In this document: one piece after another, positions 10,460 through 19,495 of the stretch
Position numbering within the stretch: the first letter of the stretch is position 1
Layout of the letters: every line of letters begins with the position of its first letter
Assembly: GCA_036677555.1 (NCBI GenBank)
Contig: JAVBWG010000011.1
Location: 14,177-78,176, forward strand
Origin: Methanomassiliicoccales archaeon
GTDB lineage: Archaea; Thermoplasmatota; Thermoplasmata; Methanomassiliicoccales; UBA472
Direction of reading: 5' to 3'
DNA: 64,000 bases
Program-made: the position numbers and the translations under genes
The notes under the pieces: model-generated
What the model was told of the DNA's origin: nothing
Seen by the model: only the letters and a program-made list of their open reading frames with translations
Database searches by the model: none

Positions 10460-11692
10460 TCAGATGGAAAGGCCCAACATGACGATGGCGGCCATCAGCG
10501 CCAGGGAGCCGATGAAGTCGATGGCTGACGAGGTCACGGGAATGCTGTGGTCGTCCGGGTCGAGGGAGAACATGAAGGTGGTCACCGCCACATAGTAGGA
10601 CAGGAAGTTTAGCACGGTGACCGTCACCAGGCCGGCCACCAGACCCAGGGTGATCATGGCCAGGAGACCTGGAGAGGCCAGGCCGAGAGCCATGCAGACG
10701 AAGTGGGTGGCTATGCTAACGAAGGTGAAGACCCAGAGAGCGAAGATGTAGATGATGGCGAAGTTCTCGTAGCTGACCTTGCCTGGAGCCTTTCCAGGAA
10801 GCATGATACCCATGTGCAGGAGGGAGGACATACGGGATGTCAGTATTCCGCCCAGTGCGTTGCAGTTCTGCAGGAACAGAGGAATGAGAACCAGTAGCGC
10901 CGGGTAGGCCACCAGGTGGGCGATCTGGTCCTCGATGGTCAGGCCAGCCCCCAGGTCCAGGAGGATGCAGATAATCAGAACGGGGGAGCTCTGCACGAAA
11001 ATGCGCTTGGCCTCCTCATCCCTCCTGCAGAGCGCCTCGTAGACCAGGTACAATGTTATGATGAGGAACAGCACCATCATCACGTCGTAGAAGAGGGACG
11101 CGATATCCCCCTTCCAGTTCAGCACCAGGATGCCGGCCAGGAAGAGCATCGGCAAGGTAACGATATCGCCGGCGGCGGTGAGCAGCGGCGCGCTGATGTT
11201 GTCAATGTCCCAGTTCCGCCGGAAACCGAGGTCGGCCACCACGACGTTCACCACCAGCAGCACCAGCCCGGCCAGGACCCCGCCGAACACGGAGATGAAG
11301 ATGAACTGCTGCATGCTGATGCTGTTCACGCCCAGAGCGGTGGACACCACCTTGGCCAGGAAGCCCATCAGGAAAGATACCACCATGGTCAGGATGAGGG
11401 ATGCCTCCATGTTCTGGCGCAGGATGCTGCCTCTGCGGAGGGAGAGCTCGAAGGTGCCTACGTGCATGGAGGTCCCCAACCTGCTCCCCAGGGCCCCGAA
11501 GATGTTTCCCCTCATTCCAATGGCCGCCGGTATCAGGATCATCAGGCCGGGCAGGAGCTCGAGCGTATCGGTCATGAACCCCAGAGTAACTCCGGCCATG
11601 ATGTCGCCGAGGGATGAAATGAGCAGGGCGGTGAACCCCAGGGTGAAGACCGACCTGTTGTTGGAGAAGAAAGTCTTCACTGCCCCGCTCAT
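10460..11692 (-). CDS. MgtE-family divalent cation transporter (tandem MgtE membrane domains)
   Basis: Two repeats of a GDI..G.....LPGL..LIPA..GMRGNIFGALGSRL-type motif; polytopic. Confidence 0.8.
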   Translation of the reverse strand: MSGAVKTFFSNNRSVFTLGFTALLISSLGDIMAGVTLGFMTDTLELLPGLMILIPAAIGMRGNIFGALGSRLGTSMHVGTFELSLRRGSILRQNMEASLILTMVVSFLMGFLAKVVSTALGVNSISMQQFIFISVFGGVLAGLVLLVVNVVVADLGFRRNWDIDNISAPLLTAAGDIVTLPMLFLAGILVLNWKGDIASLFYDVMMVLFLIITLYLVYEALCRRDEEAKRIFVQSSPVLIICILLDLGAGLTIEDQIAHLVAYPALLVLIPLFLQNCNALGGILTSRMSSLLHMGIMLPGKAPGKVSYENFAIIYIFALWVFTFVSIATHFVCMALGLASPGLLAMITLGLVAGLVTVTVLNFLSYYVAVTTFMFSLDPDDHSIPVTSSAIDFIGSLALMAAIVMLGLSI

Positions 11693-11966
11693 CCTAGCAC
11701 CCGCTAGAGGTAGGATTTGACCCTATTAATATTAAGTCATCCGCCCCACCAGATGGTCGCGCTCGGGCGTCCTGGAAGCAACAATTTCTCCATAATTCGC
11801 AACGATGATATATGGCTAACCTCATAAGGAAGGAACGGCGGGTCCGCCAGGCCTCGACGGGCTGGTGGTTCCGTGAGGCCAACTGAGATGTCACGAGCGA
11901 TATCCTTGTTCAACCCCCGCAACAGCTGGAGGTCCATCGCTGTGATCCGGCGCAGGTGTTCTTTTT

Positions 11967-12617
11967 ATGTATGACCTTGGAAGGGAGCAACGTCTGGACA
12001 AGTATGACCTGGCACACGCTACGGTCAGGGAGATCCTCACCGAGATGAAGGACATCTCGGAGATCATGGTCGATCTGGCCTATGCGTCCATCATGTTCGA
12101 CAGCGAGGAGATCGCCGAAGAGGTCAAGAACCTCGAGGAGGACGTGGAGGAGCTCAGCAAGAACATACGGATAAAGGCAATGCTGTCCGCGCGCACCCAC
12201 AAGGACGCCACCAAGCTCTCTTCGTTGCTGGAGGTGGCTGCCGCCTCCCGGCGCATATCGAACGCCGCCGGGGACATCGTCAAGCTCATGGAATGTGAGG
12301 TGGACAAGCGCCCGTTCCTCACATTCATCCTCAGGGAGGCTGAGGAGAAGATCAAGCGCCTGGTGCTGGCGGACTCATCAGACATGGTCGGCCGTCAGAT
12401 AGGCGAACTGGGAGTGGAGTCGGAAACGGGAATGCGCATCATCGCCATCAAGCGCGGGAAACGGTGGATCTACGATCCTGAGGAGGAGACAAAGCTCAAG
12501 GCCGGGGACACCCTGATCGTGCGCGGCACGGACGACGGCTGCGAGATCCTGCGTTCCTTCGCCAACGGCGAGGAGAAGTGGCCGGTGTACCCGGGAGAGG
12601 AAGAGGAGGATGACTGA
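11967..12617 (+). CDS. PhoU-like + TrkA-C domain regulatory protein
   Basis: N-terminal helical PhoU-like region; C-terminal TrkA-C pattern (VGRQIGELGVESETGMRIIAIKRG...GDTLIVRG). Confidence 0.7.
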   Translation: MYDLGREQRLDKYDLAHATVREILTEMKDISEIMVDLAYASIMFDSEEIAEEVKNLEEDVEELSKNIRIKAMLSARTHKDATKLSSLLEVAAASRRISNAAGDIVKLMECEVDKRPFLTFILREAEEKIKRLVLADSSDMVGRQIGELGVESETGMRIIAIKRGKRWIYDPEEETKLKAGDTLIVRGTDDGCEILRSFANGEEKWPVYPGEEEEDD

Positions 12618-13195
12618 TGGACCAGCTTGACGAGATGCTGCTGGAGCTGAAGGACTCCTCCGAGCTGATGATCGATCTGGCGTATTCGTCCTTGCTGTAC
12701 AACAACAAGGAGATCGCCGAGGAGGTCATCCAGATGGAGGAGATGCTGGACGAGCTGGCCAATGATATCCAGCGCCAGGCCATCGCCAAGGTCATGCAGG
12801 ACCGGGACGAGGGGAAGGCGTTCACGGCTATCAAGCTGGCCGCGGCGGTGGAGGAGATCTCGGACGCGGCCATGCAGATCGCCATGGTCACCATTCATGA
12901 TGATGAACCGCATCCGGTCATCCGCCTGAGCATCAAAGACGCCGACACCACCATCACCTTGGCCGAGGTGAAGCAGGGCTCCGATCTGGTCGGGAAGAGC
13001 CTGGGTAAGATGAGACTGGCCAGCCAGAGCGGCATGTGGGCGGTCGCCATAAAAAGGGACCGCAAGTACCTGTACGGCCCGGACAAGAACACCACCCTGG
13101 ATGTGGGCGATGTGATAATAGCCCGCGGGCCGCCGGACGCAGAGAAATACTTCCATGACCTGTGCTCAGGCGAGGAACATCTGGAAGAGCCGTAG
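12617..13195 (+). CDS. PhoU-like + TrkA-C domain regulatory protein (paralogue)
   Basis: Same architecture as the preceding gene (VGKSLGKMRLASQSGMWAVAIKRD...GDVIIARG). ATGA overlap with the upstream stop. Confidence 0.7.
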   Translation: MDQLDEMLLELKDSSELMIDLAYSSLLYNNKEIAEEVIQMEEMLDELANDIQRQAIAKVMQDRDEGKAFTAIKLAAAVEEISDAAMQIAMVTIHDDEPHPVIRLSIKDADTTITLAEVKQGSDLVGKSLGKMRLASQSGMWAVAIKRDRKYLYGPDKNTTLDVGDVIIARGPPDAEKYFHDLCSGEEHLEEP

Positions 13196-13204
13196 GATAA
13201 GGAG

Positions 13205-13277
13205 TAGCCCCGGGCAGATTCGAACTGCCGTCGCAGGATCCAGAGTCCCGCATGATTGACCGCTACACTACGGGGCT
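13205..13277 (-). tRNA. tRNA-Gln (anticodon CUG)
   Basis: Reverse complement AGCCCCG...CGGGA-CTCTGGA-TCCTG...GGCAGTTCGAATCTGCC-CGGGGCT-A. Acceptor, anticodon and T arms all pair. 73 nt. Confidence 0.85.
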
Positions 13278-13331
13278 GTGCGGAACCGAGGTAAATGCTA
13301 CCTGGTTTTAACCTTTTCGCAGGAAGATGGT

Positions 13332-13964
13332 TCAGGCGGCCCTTATGACCGCCGATATGCGTTTGTAGACATCGTCTATCGCGCCCATGCCGTCCACGGA
13401 CCTGAGCACGCCCTTCTTGCGGTAATATTCGGTCAGAGGCGCGGTGCGCTCGGTGTAGGTGGTAAAGCGCTCGCGAACCACCTTCTCTGTGTCGTCGCTC
13501 CTCTGGTACAGCTCTCCGCCGCACTTGTCGCAGACGCCCTGCTTCTTGGGCGGGTTGAACTCCAGATGGAACACCGCGTTGCAGGCGCGGCAGGACCTTC
13601 TCTCGGTGAGGCGCTTGATCAGCGCCTCCTGGTCTACCTCCAGGTCGACGGCCATCTCCACCTTGAAGAACTGGTCCAGCGCCTGGGCCTGCTCCAGGGA
13701 GCGGGGGAACCCGTCCAGCAGCACTCCGCCCTTCAGCCCCTTGAGCTTTTCCTTGATCAGCCCGACGACCAGGTCGTCCGGCACCAGCTTTCCAGCGTCC
13801 ATGTAACCTTTCGCCTTGACGCCGAGCTCTGTCCCGTTGCGGACGGCTTCGCGCAACAGGTCCCCGGTGGATATCTTGGTGAAACCGAACTCAGCTACCA
13901 GCCTCTCGGTCTGCGTTCCCTTGCCCGATCCCGGAGGCCCCAAAAGGACGATCTTCAGGTCCAT
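13332..13964 (-). CDS. adk: Adenylate kinase (long form with zinc lid)
   Basis: GPPGSGKGTQ P-loop; lid CRACNAVF...CDKCGGEL. Confidence 0.9.
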   Translation of the reverse strand: MDLKIVLLGPPGSGKGTQTERLVAEFGFTKISTGDLLREAVRNGTELGVKAKGYMDAGKLVPDDLVVGLIKEKLKGLKGGVLLDGFPRSLEQAQALDQFFKVEMAVDLEVDQEALIKRLTERRSCRACNAVFHLEFNPPKKQGVCDKCGGELYQRSDDTEKVVRERFTTYTERTAPLTEYYRKKGVLRSVDGMGAIDDVYKRISAVIRAA

Positions 13965-14027
13965 GTTCGGCCATGCCGCTCCCCATAAATCATCTTTGCG
14001 ATTTTTCCGTCCGGCGTCAATAGGATT

Positions 14028-14585
14028 ATGTCCTATTCTGGCAATGCGATCCGTATGCTAGGTGGGGAATTGGTGGGGCTGGTGCCCCTGCAGACCTCCG
14101 ACGAGCTGGCGCTCTTCAAGTGGCTGAACGACCCGCGGGTCCGCAGAGCCGCGGGCCGGCCCACCTGGAAGCCAGCTTACAGCCTGGAGCAGGTGCAGGA
14201 CCTCATCAAGGAGAGGCTGACCCAGCCGTCCCGTTTCGACCTGGTCGTCGTCGACCGGCGGACCGAGCGGCCCATGGGGCTCATTGAGCTTGCCCATATC
14301 CTGCCGATGAGCGATTCCGCGCAGATGACCGTGATCTGGGGGGAGAAGGGCGACGACGATATGGCGACCGAGGCCTTGGTGCTGGCCGCCGGATACGCTT
14401 TCAACTCCCAGGGGCTACACCGCCTCTGGACCAGGGTCCCGGTCAAGGAGAAGGGATCTCTGGACCTGCTCAGGAAGGTCGGATTCCAGGAGGAGGGCGT
14501 CCTCAGGGAGGACCATTTCGGCGATGGCGGATGGCAGGACTCAGTACTGCTTTCGCTGCTGTCCGTGGAGGCCAGGCCATGCTGA
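14028..14585 (+). CDS. GNAT family N-acetyltransferase (RimJ/RimL-like)
   Basis: RimJ-like layout, FNSQGLHRLWTRV...NEKGSLDLLRKVGFQEEG. Confidence 0.75.
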   Translation: MSYSGNAIRMLGGELVGLVPLQTSDELALFKWLNDPRVRRAAGRPTWKPAYSLEQVQDLIKERLTQPSRFDLVVVDRRTERPMGLIELAHILPMSDSAQMTVIWGEKGDDDMATEALVLAAGYAFNSQGLHRLWTRVPVKEKGSLDLLRKVGFQEEGVLREDHFGDGGWQDSVLLSLLSVEARPC

Positions 14586-15124
14586 GCGGGGAGAAGGTGG
14601 ACCTGGTAGCCGCCGAACGCGCCTACGTTCCCATGTATGTCAAGTGGATAAACGATCCCGAGGTCACCCAATGGCTGAAGGCGGATCCCCCGTTCAGCGT
14701 GGAGATGGAGCACGGATGGGTGGACCGGTTGCGGCGCGAGGGGAAGATGACCTTCACCATCCTGACCAAGGATGGGCAGCCGATAGGCAACATCGGCATG
14801 GAGGAGATCGCCTGGAAGTATCGGCGGGTGACCATCGGCATCATGATCGGGGAGAAGGACCACTGGGGCAAGGGATACGGAAGCGACGCCATAACCACCT
14901 TGCTGCGCTACTGCTTCGAGGAGCTGGGAATGAGGAGGGTGGACCTGATAACCGATTCCGAGAACCACAGGGCGCAGCGGGCTTACAAGAAGTGCGGCTT
15001 CCGGGTCGAAGGGGTGATGCGGCAGTACCGGACCAAGAACGGGCGCATCATCGATGACGTGATGATGGCCGTCCTTTCCAGCGATTGGTTCTCCATGCAT
15101 CCCTCGGCGGGGCGGGGGGCATAA
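14579..15124 (+). CDS. GNAT family N-acetyltransferase (RimJ/RimL-like, paralogue)
   Basis: HWGKGYGSDA motif and NHRAQRAYKKCGFRVEG. ATG 14579 overlaps the upstream stop (ATGCTGA); the track start at 14531 is probably too early. Confidence 0.8.
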   Translation: MLSGEKVDLVAAERAYVPMYVKWINDPEVTQWLKADPPFSVEMEHGWVDRLRREGKMTFTILTKDGQPIGNIGMEEIAWKYRRVTIGIMIGEKDHWGKGYGSDAITTLLRYCFEELGMRRVDLITDSENHRAQRAYKKCGFRVEGVMRQYRTKNGRIIDDVMMAVLSSDWFSMHPSAGRGA

Positions 15125-15161
15125 GGTATTTGTACGAAAATACCATTGGCGTTAATCCTAG

Positions 15162-15245
15162 GCAGGGGTAGCCAAGCCTGGCCAACGGCGCTAGATTCAG
15201 GGTCTAGTCCTTAGTGGTCCGAGGGTTCAAATCCCTTCCCCTGCA
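15162..15245 (+). tRNA. tRNA-Leu (anticodon CAG), long variable arm
   Basis: GCAGGGG acceptor, CTAGA-TTCAGGG-TCTAG anticodon arm, variable arm TCCTTAGTGGTCCGA, GAGGG-TTCAAAT-CCCTT T arm, CCCCTGC-A end. Confidence 0.85.
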
Positions 15246-15246
15246 C

Positions 15247-15264
15247 TTTTTCCTCACTTTTTTT
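15247..15264 (+). terminator. Oligo-T tracts after tRNA-Leu
   Basis: T5 (15247-15251) and T7 (15258-15264) directly 3' of the tRNA; this matches the archaeal oligo-T termination signal. Confidence 0.45.
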
Positions 15265-15363
15265 ATGATGAATCATGTCTGGCGATCACCTCATCCGTTG
15301 GATAACTGAAGACCATATCCTCTAACTTAATTCAGTGGGGGATAGTTTTCCCTTGGCCCGGGT

Positions 15364-16188
15364 TCATAACAGCGGAATGGCCGGCTCGTCCGGTCCGTCC
15401 TTGGCCACTTTTCCGATCTGCTCAAGACGCATCGTGCAGATCCCCTTCCCCAGCTCGCTGGTGGCGAATATCGGGACCTTCCTTCCCACCTGCATGGCAC
15501 CCATCTCCTTCCCCAATCTCCATATGTGCCTCGAAGCGCAGGCGGTCACCACGTCACAATTGTCTAAAAGGGTCTGCGCATCGGCCTCACCGATACCGGT
15601 GGTATGGACCCCGAAAAGGATGACATCGTCACCGAACTCCTTGCGCAGGGATTTGGCCTCATCCGCCTTCACCACGGTGACCCCGATCTTCCGATAGCCC
15701 ATATCCCGGGCCTTTCTCGCCCCGGCCACCTGGTCGATCTTGGCCGTTTCCATGTCAAGCACCCGTTCCTGGCCGATGGCGGAGATGACCTTGGGGATAG
15801 GCGAGGTGAGCACCAACCCGGAGATGCGCCCCCCGATGCCTTGGACCATCTCCGGATCGTCCACCACCACCGTCCCGGCGCCGTCGGAGACGGTGACCGC
15901 GCACTCCAGTATTCCTTCGGAGACGCACATGGCCATGATCTCGGAGATCCCGAAGCTGAGGAAGTCCTTCATCCTCACCTCCCGATGCTCGGTGAAGATG
16001 CCGAAATCCCTGATGCGGAACTCGATGTTATTGCGAACGATCTCCCTCGAGAACTTTTCGATGCCCCGGTTCTTGAAGAAGAGAGGGCAGTGATCGACCA
16101 GAGGTTCGCTGACCTCGACGACCTTTCCATCCTCGATGGTCACTCTGGCCATTCCCAGCGCCTCCATAATATGACGGTCTCCGGCCAT
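15364..16188 (-). CDS. DUF2099 family protein (methanogenesis marker protein 8-like)
   Basis: IMEALGMARVTIEDGKVVEVSEPLVDHCPLFFKNRGI...FLSFGISEIMAM...VQGIGGRISGLV matches my memory of the marker-8 family. Not HMM-verified. Confidence 0.6.
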   Translation of the reverse strand: MAGDRHIMEALGMARVTIEDGKVVEVSEPLVDHCPLFFKNRGIEKFSREIVRNNIEFRIRDFGIFTEHREVRMKDFLSFGISEIMAMCVSEGILECAVTVSDGAGTVVVDDPEMVQGIGGRISGLVLTSPIPKVISAIGQERVLDMETAKIDQVAGARKARDMGYRKIGVTVVKADEAKSLRKEFGDDVILFGVHTTGIGEADAQTLLDNCDVVTACASRHIWRLGKEMGAMQVGRKVPIFATSELGKGICTMRLEQIGKVAKDGPDEPAIPLL

Positions 16189-16431
16189 GAGAGTGAGATC
16201 GTCCGTGCCCGATATTAAACTTTATTCTCTGTTCCACTAAGATGAGAGATGATGATAGATATTATAAAAAATAAAAATTAATGAATTCGGACGGCGGCCC
16301 ATAGCTACCAGCTATCTTTTCCTTAGTTGGATAACACCCTTGCCAGGGATTATTACGATTCGTCCCACGCTCCCCTCGGCCAATTAATTACAAATAGTAC
16401 ATGTATTGATATGGTGATTATGGTGATATAG

Positions 16432-16740
16432 GTGAGAATAACACCGGCGAAGTATGATGCGGAGTACGCCTGGCTGAGGAACGGGGAGGGGGTGCCGGCG
16501 TGGCAGACCGAGCCGAAGGTCAAGGCCCGCAGGGAATCTGGGATGAAAGGCGCATGGAGGATCGGACGCCCATCGGTGATGGGACTGGCCCTCCAGGTCC
16601 TGGGAGCTGCGGTGCTGGGGATCCTGGCGATGGACGGGCGACCGCTCATGCTGCTTCCCCTGATGGCGCTGATGGGGGGAGAGGTCATTTTTATTTCCTC
16701 CCTCGGGCATAGGGGGGAGCGTTCAGCGGGAGACCATTGA
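16432..16740 (+). CDS. Hypothetical small membrane protein
   Basis: GTG start. One or two hydrophobic helices (VMGLALQVLGAAVLGILAM, LMLLPLMALMGG). Its stop lies 1 nt before the next ATG. Weak call. Confidence 0.35.
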   Translation: MRITPAKYDAEYAWLRNGEGVPAWQTEPKVKARRESGMKGAWRIGRPSVMGLALQVLGAAVLGILAMDGRPLMLLPLMALMGGEVIFISSLGHRGERSAGDH

Positions 16741-16741
16741 G

Positions 16742-17122
16742 ATGACCAATGTGACCATCAGGGGCATCGACGACCAGACATATCTCAAGTTCTCGGCCCG
16801 GGCCACCCTGGAAGGAGTGGCCATCGGCGAACTCGCCACCAGGGCCATGAACGAGTATCTGGACAAGGACCAGGGCAAGATCTACCGCATCGCCGACATG
16901 GAGGACATATCCATAAACAGGAACGACCTGGAATCCCTGGATGGGGCGGTCATCCTCCAGAACATAGAGCGGCTCACTCTGGAGGGCGACCTGGACTGGA
17001 AGCTGGTGAACGATCGCATACGGTCCATCGAGAACGTGGAGGTCCTGGTCCTCCCCAAGGGCATTTCCAAGTTCCAGATGCTCACCAAGGCCCGGAACGT
17101 GGAGAAGATACGGACCACCTGA
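16742..17122 (+). CDS. Hypothetical protein with N-terminal ribbon-helix-helix (antitoxin/Arc-like) motif
   Basis: MTNVTIRGIDDQTYLKFSARATLEGVAIGELATRAMNEYL resembles FitA/VapB-type RHH N-termini. The roughly 80 aa C-terminus is leucine-repeat-like. Confidence 0.5.
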   Translation: MTNVTIRGIDDQTYLKFSARATLEGVAIGELATRAMNEYLDKDQGKIYRIADMEDISINRNDLESLDGAVILQNIERLTLEGDLDWKLVNDRIRSIENVEVLVLPKGISKFQMLTKARNVEKIRTT

Positions 17123-17164
17123 ACTGTCGACACCGATTAATATGATCCAAGGCCATGGTCGACC

Positions 17165-17569
17165 ATGGTCGCGCTCACCCCAGAGATGCAGGATCTTTTC
17201 AAGGGAACCAAGTACTTCGCCATGGCCACCGCCTCCAAGGACGGCGATCCGAACGTGGTGCCGATCGGCATGGCCATCCTGATGGACCCGGAGACCATCT
17301 GGATAGGCAACCAGTTCTTCCATCAGACCCTGGCCAACGTGAAGGAGAACCCCCGGGTGGCCTTGCAGGTATGGACCTTCGGCGTCCCGGGATGCTTGAA
17401 GATCAAGGGCGATGTGCAGGTCGTGGAAAAAGGGCCGGACTTCAACAGGATGTACAACATGGTCAAGGAGAGGAAGCCCAACCTGGAATGCAAAGGCCTG
17501 CTCATCATGAAGGTCACCGAAGTCTTCGACTGCCGTTCGGGGCCGGAAGCGGGAAAGCGCCTGCTCTGA
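17165..17569 (+). CDS. Pyridoxamine 5'-phosphate oxidase-like FMN-binding protein
   Basis: YFAMATASKDGDPNVVPIG split-barrel pattern, 134 aa. Confidence 0.7.
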   Translation: MVALTPEMQDLFKGTKYFAMATASKDGDPNVVPIGMAILMDPETIWIGNQFFHQTLANVKENPRVALQVWTFGVPGCLKIKGDVQVVEKGPDFNRMYNMVKERKPNLECKGLLIMKVTEVFDCRSGPEAGKRLL

Positions 17570-17570
17570 A

Positions 17571-18767
17571 TCAGGCCTTGTCAGTGAAGACCGGCTGCTT
17601 GAGGGCCAGGCGCACGGCGTCGATGAACATGATCAGCCCGATGAGGGCCAGGAAGAAGCCCAACAGCCAGCTGCCGTAGAACTCCACCGGCGGGGCTTTC
17701 GTTTCGCCCTGAGCGAACATGGTGGCCAGTATCATGGGGACGAAGGCGAAGAAGGTCCTCGCCCATATGCGCCGGTCCTGCACCGCCCAGACCGAGAGCA
17801 GCGCCACCAGCATTATCCAGTAGCCGCCGTGAACCTTGGGATAGAAGGTGAAGAAGGCCATGAGCATCAAGGTGACGCTCTGCCACACCGGCCAGCCTTT
17901 GAGATAGGGGTATAGGTAGGCGAAGGCCATGGCGCACCCCAGGATGACAAGCTGCACCAGGCTGGGCAGGTTCCAGCCGCCCATGTACAGGAAGTGCCAG
18001 ATGGAGTGGCCGCCGGTCGGCCTTCCCTCTTCGCCCAGGAAATAGAAGTTCAGGAAGAAGGAGAAGTCGTCCCAGCACATGACCACGAAGGGCAGGGCGA
18101 TCAGCCCGGTGGCCAGCCCCAGGAAGATTATGGACGTCATCCGCCCCTTCCAATCCCGCTGCTGGAGGAAGTGCACCGGGAAGAGGAGTATGGGGAACAT
18201 CTTGGTCCAAACGCCGACCCCGATGGCGGCGGAGGCGGTGTTCTGGCGCTTCAACAGCATCAGCACCACGGCCAGCATGAAGATGAATGCCACTATCGAC
18301 TCGTCCTCCCCGGTGCCGGATTCCACGATGGTGTACGGAGACAGCAGCACGAGCATGCCGGCGAAATAGGCCTTATTCTCGTCCAGGTGGCGCAGGCCCA
18401 GATACAGCAAGGCCGCCAGCAGGAAGGCGAACATCGAGAAATAGGCGCTCCACACCCAGTCGTGCTCCGCACCCCCCAGGACCTGGGCGGGGACCAGGAT
18501 GTAGTTGATGATCGGCGGGGTCTCGGTATGCACGTCCCGGTACAGAAGCCCGCCGTCCAATATGGTCTGCGTCCTCGCCCGGTACACGTCCATGTCCGGG
18601 TGCGACAGGTCGGGATCTATGGCCGCCATCAGGTAGGCGTTGTCGACCACGATCATCGTCCCGTAGACGAGCAGGGCGATTATCGCGTAGAGGGCGAGCT
18701 TGCGTCCGGGCGACAGGGAGCAGACCCTCATGAGCACCGGTTCAAAGCGCGCCTTCAGGCTGGACAT
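17571..18767 (-). CDS. Polytopic membrane protein, GT-C-like glycosyltransferase candidate (DUF2029-like)
   Basis: About 10 hydrophobic helices; lies in a cluster with a GT2 gene and a flippase-like gene. Confidence 0.55.
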   Translation of the reverse strand: MSSLKARFEPVLMRVCSLSPGRKLALYAIIALLVYGTMIVVDNAYLMAAIDPDLSHPDMDVYRARTQTILDGGLLYRDVHTETPPIINYILVPAQVLGGAEHDWVWSAYFSMFAFLLAALLYLGLRHLDENKAYFAGMLVLLSPYTIVESGTGEDESIVAFIFMLAVVLMLLKRQNTASAAIGVGVWTKMFPILLFPVHFLQQRDWKGRMTSIIFLGLATGLIALPFVVMCWDDFSFFLNFYFLGEEGRPTGGHSIWHFLYMGGWNLPSLVQLVILGCAMAFAYLYPYLKGWPVWQSVTLMLMAFFTFYPKVHGGYWIMLVALLSVWAVQDRRIWARTFFAFVPMILATMFAQGETKAPPVEFYGSWLLGFFLALIGLIMFIDAVRLALKQPVFTDKA

Positions 18768-18776
18768 GCACCACCC

Positions 18777-19481
18777 TCAGTCTTTCCGGCGGAGGGCGGC
18801 TATCTCCTCCTTGTGGTCCTTCTTGAACTTGGAGAAGTCGCGGAGGGTGATGAAGGGGACGGTGTAGAACTTGATGTACGACCTTCCGGACGGTCGGTCA
18901 TAGTGAACGATGGGCACCTCGGCGATCTTCATTCCCTTCAGCGCCGCCAGGGGCAGGATGAAGCGATGCAGGCCCTGGTATCCCTCGGGATCGAAGCCCA
19001 TGGCCACGGCCTTCTCCCTCCTGAATGCCTTGAACCCGCTGTTCTGATCCTTGATCTGCAGCTTGAACTTGCGACGGATTATGAAGCGGTTGTAAGTTCT
19101 GGAGATGAAGCGGCGGATGAACGTGTCGGTACGCTCCCGCCTCCAGCCGGTGACCACGTCGAAACCCTCGTCCATCTTGGACAGGAACAGGGGGATCTGC
19201 TTGGGCTCGTACTGGCGGTCGGCGTCCATGATTATGACCACCTCGCCCTTGGCCTGCTGAAAACCGGTGCGGATGGCGTACGACCGGCCCAGGTTGGTCT
19301 CGTGGTGGACGGCGCGCACGTTTGGGTGGTCCTTGGCCAGCTGATCGCATATATCGCCTGAGCGGTCCGTGCTGCCATCGTCGACCAGAAGCACCTCTCC
19401 GTCGATCTTCCTATCGGCGTAGACCGCCAGGATGTCCTCGGTGAGCGGTCCGACGTTCCCTTCCTCGTTCTTGAGCATCAA
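18777..19481 (-). CDS. Family 2 glycosyltransferase (dolichyl-phosphate sugar synthase-like); true start unclear
   Basis: LLVDDGSTDRSG and IIMDADRQY (DxD). The N-terminus at TTG/ATG 19481 lacks the first beta-strand (see finding). Confidence 0.85.
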   Translation of the reverse strand: MMLKNEEGNVGPLTEDILAVYADRKIDGEVLLVDDGSTDRSGDICDQLAKDHPNVRAVHHETNLGRSYAIRTGFQQAKGEVVIIMDADRQYEPKQIPLFLSKMDEGFDVVTGWRRERTDTFIRRFISRTYNRFIIRRKFKLQIKDQNSGFKAFRREKAVAMGFDPEGYQGLHRFILPLAALKGMKIAEVPIVHYDRPSGRSYIKFYTVPFITLRDFSKFKKDHKEEIAALRRKD

Positions 19482-19495
19482 GACGGTGGTGCACT

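Noticed and set aside
11801-11886. Candidate C/D-box sRNA (GATGATA ... CTGA)
   Set aside because: The C box deviates from RUGAUGA. The spacing of about 80 nt is long. No C'/D' boxes are present and no terminal stem lies adjacent to the boxes.
15297-16335. 10-bp direct repeat GTTGGATAAC (15297-15306 and 16326-16335) flanking the DUF2099 gene, considered as target-site duplication of an insertion
   Set aside because: A 10-bp match is expected many times by chance in 64 kb. There is no integrase or transposase, no terminal inverted repeats, and the enclosed gene has host-like composition.
17994-19361. 455-aa plus-strand ORF
   Set aside because: It is antisense to the membrane GT-C-like and GT2 genes and has a low-complexity G/H/E/Q-rich composition.
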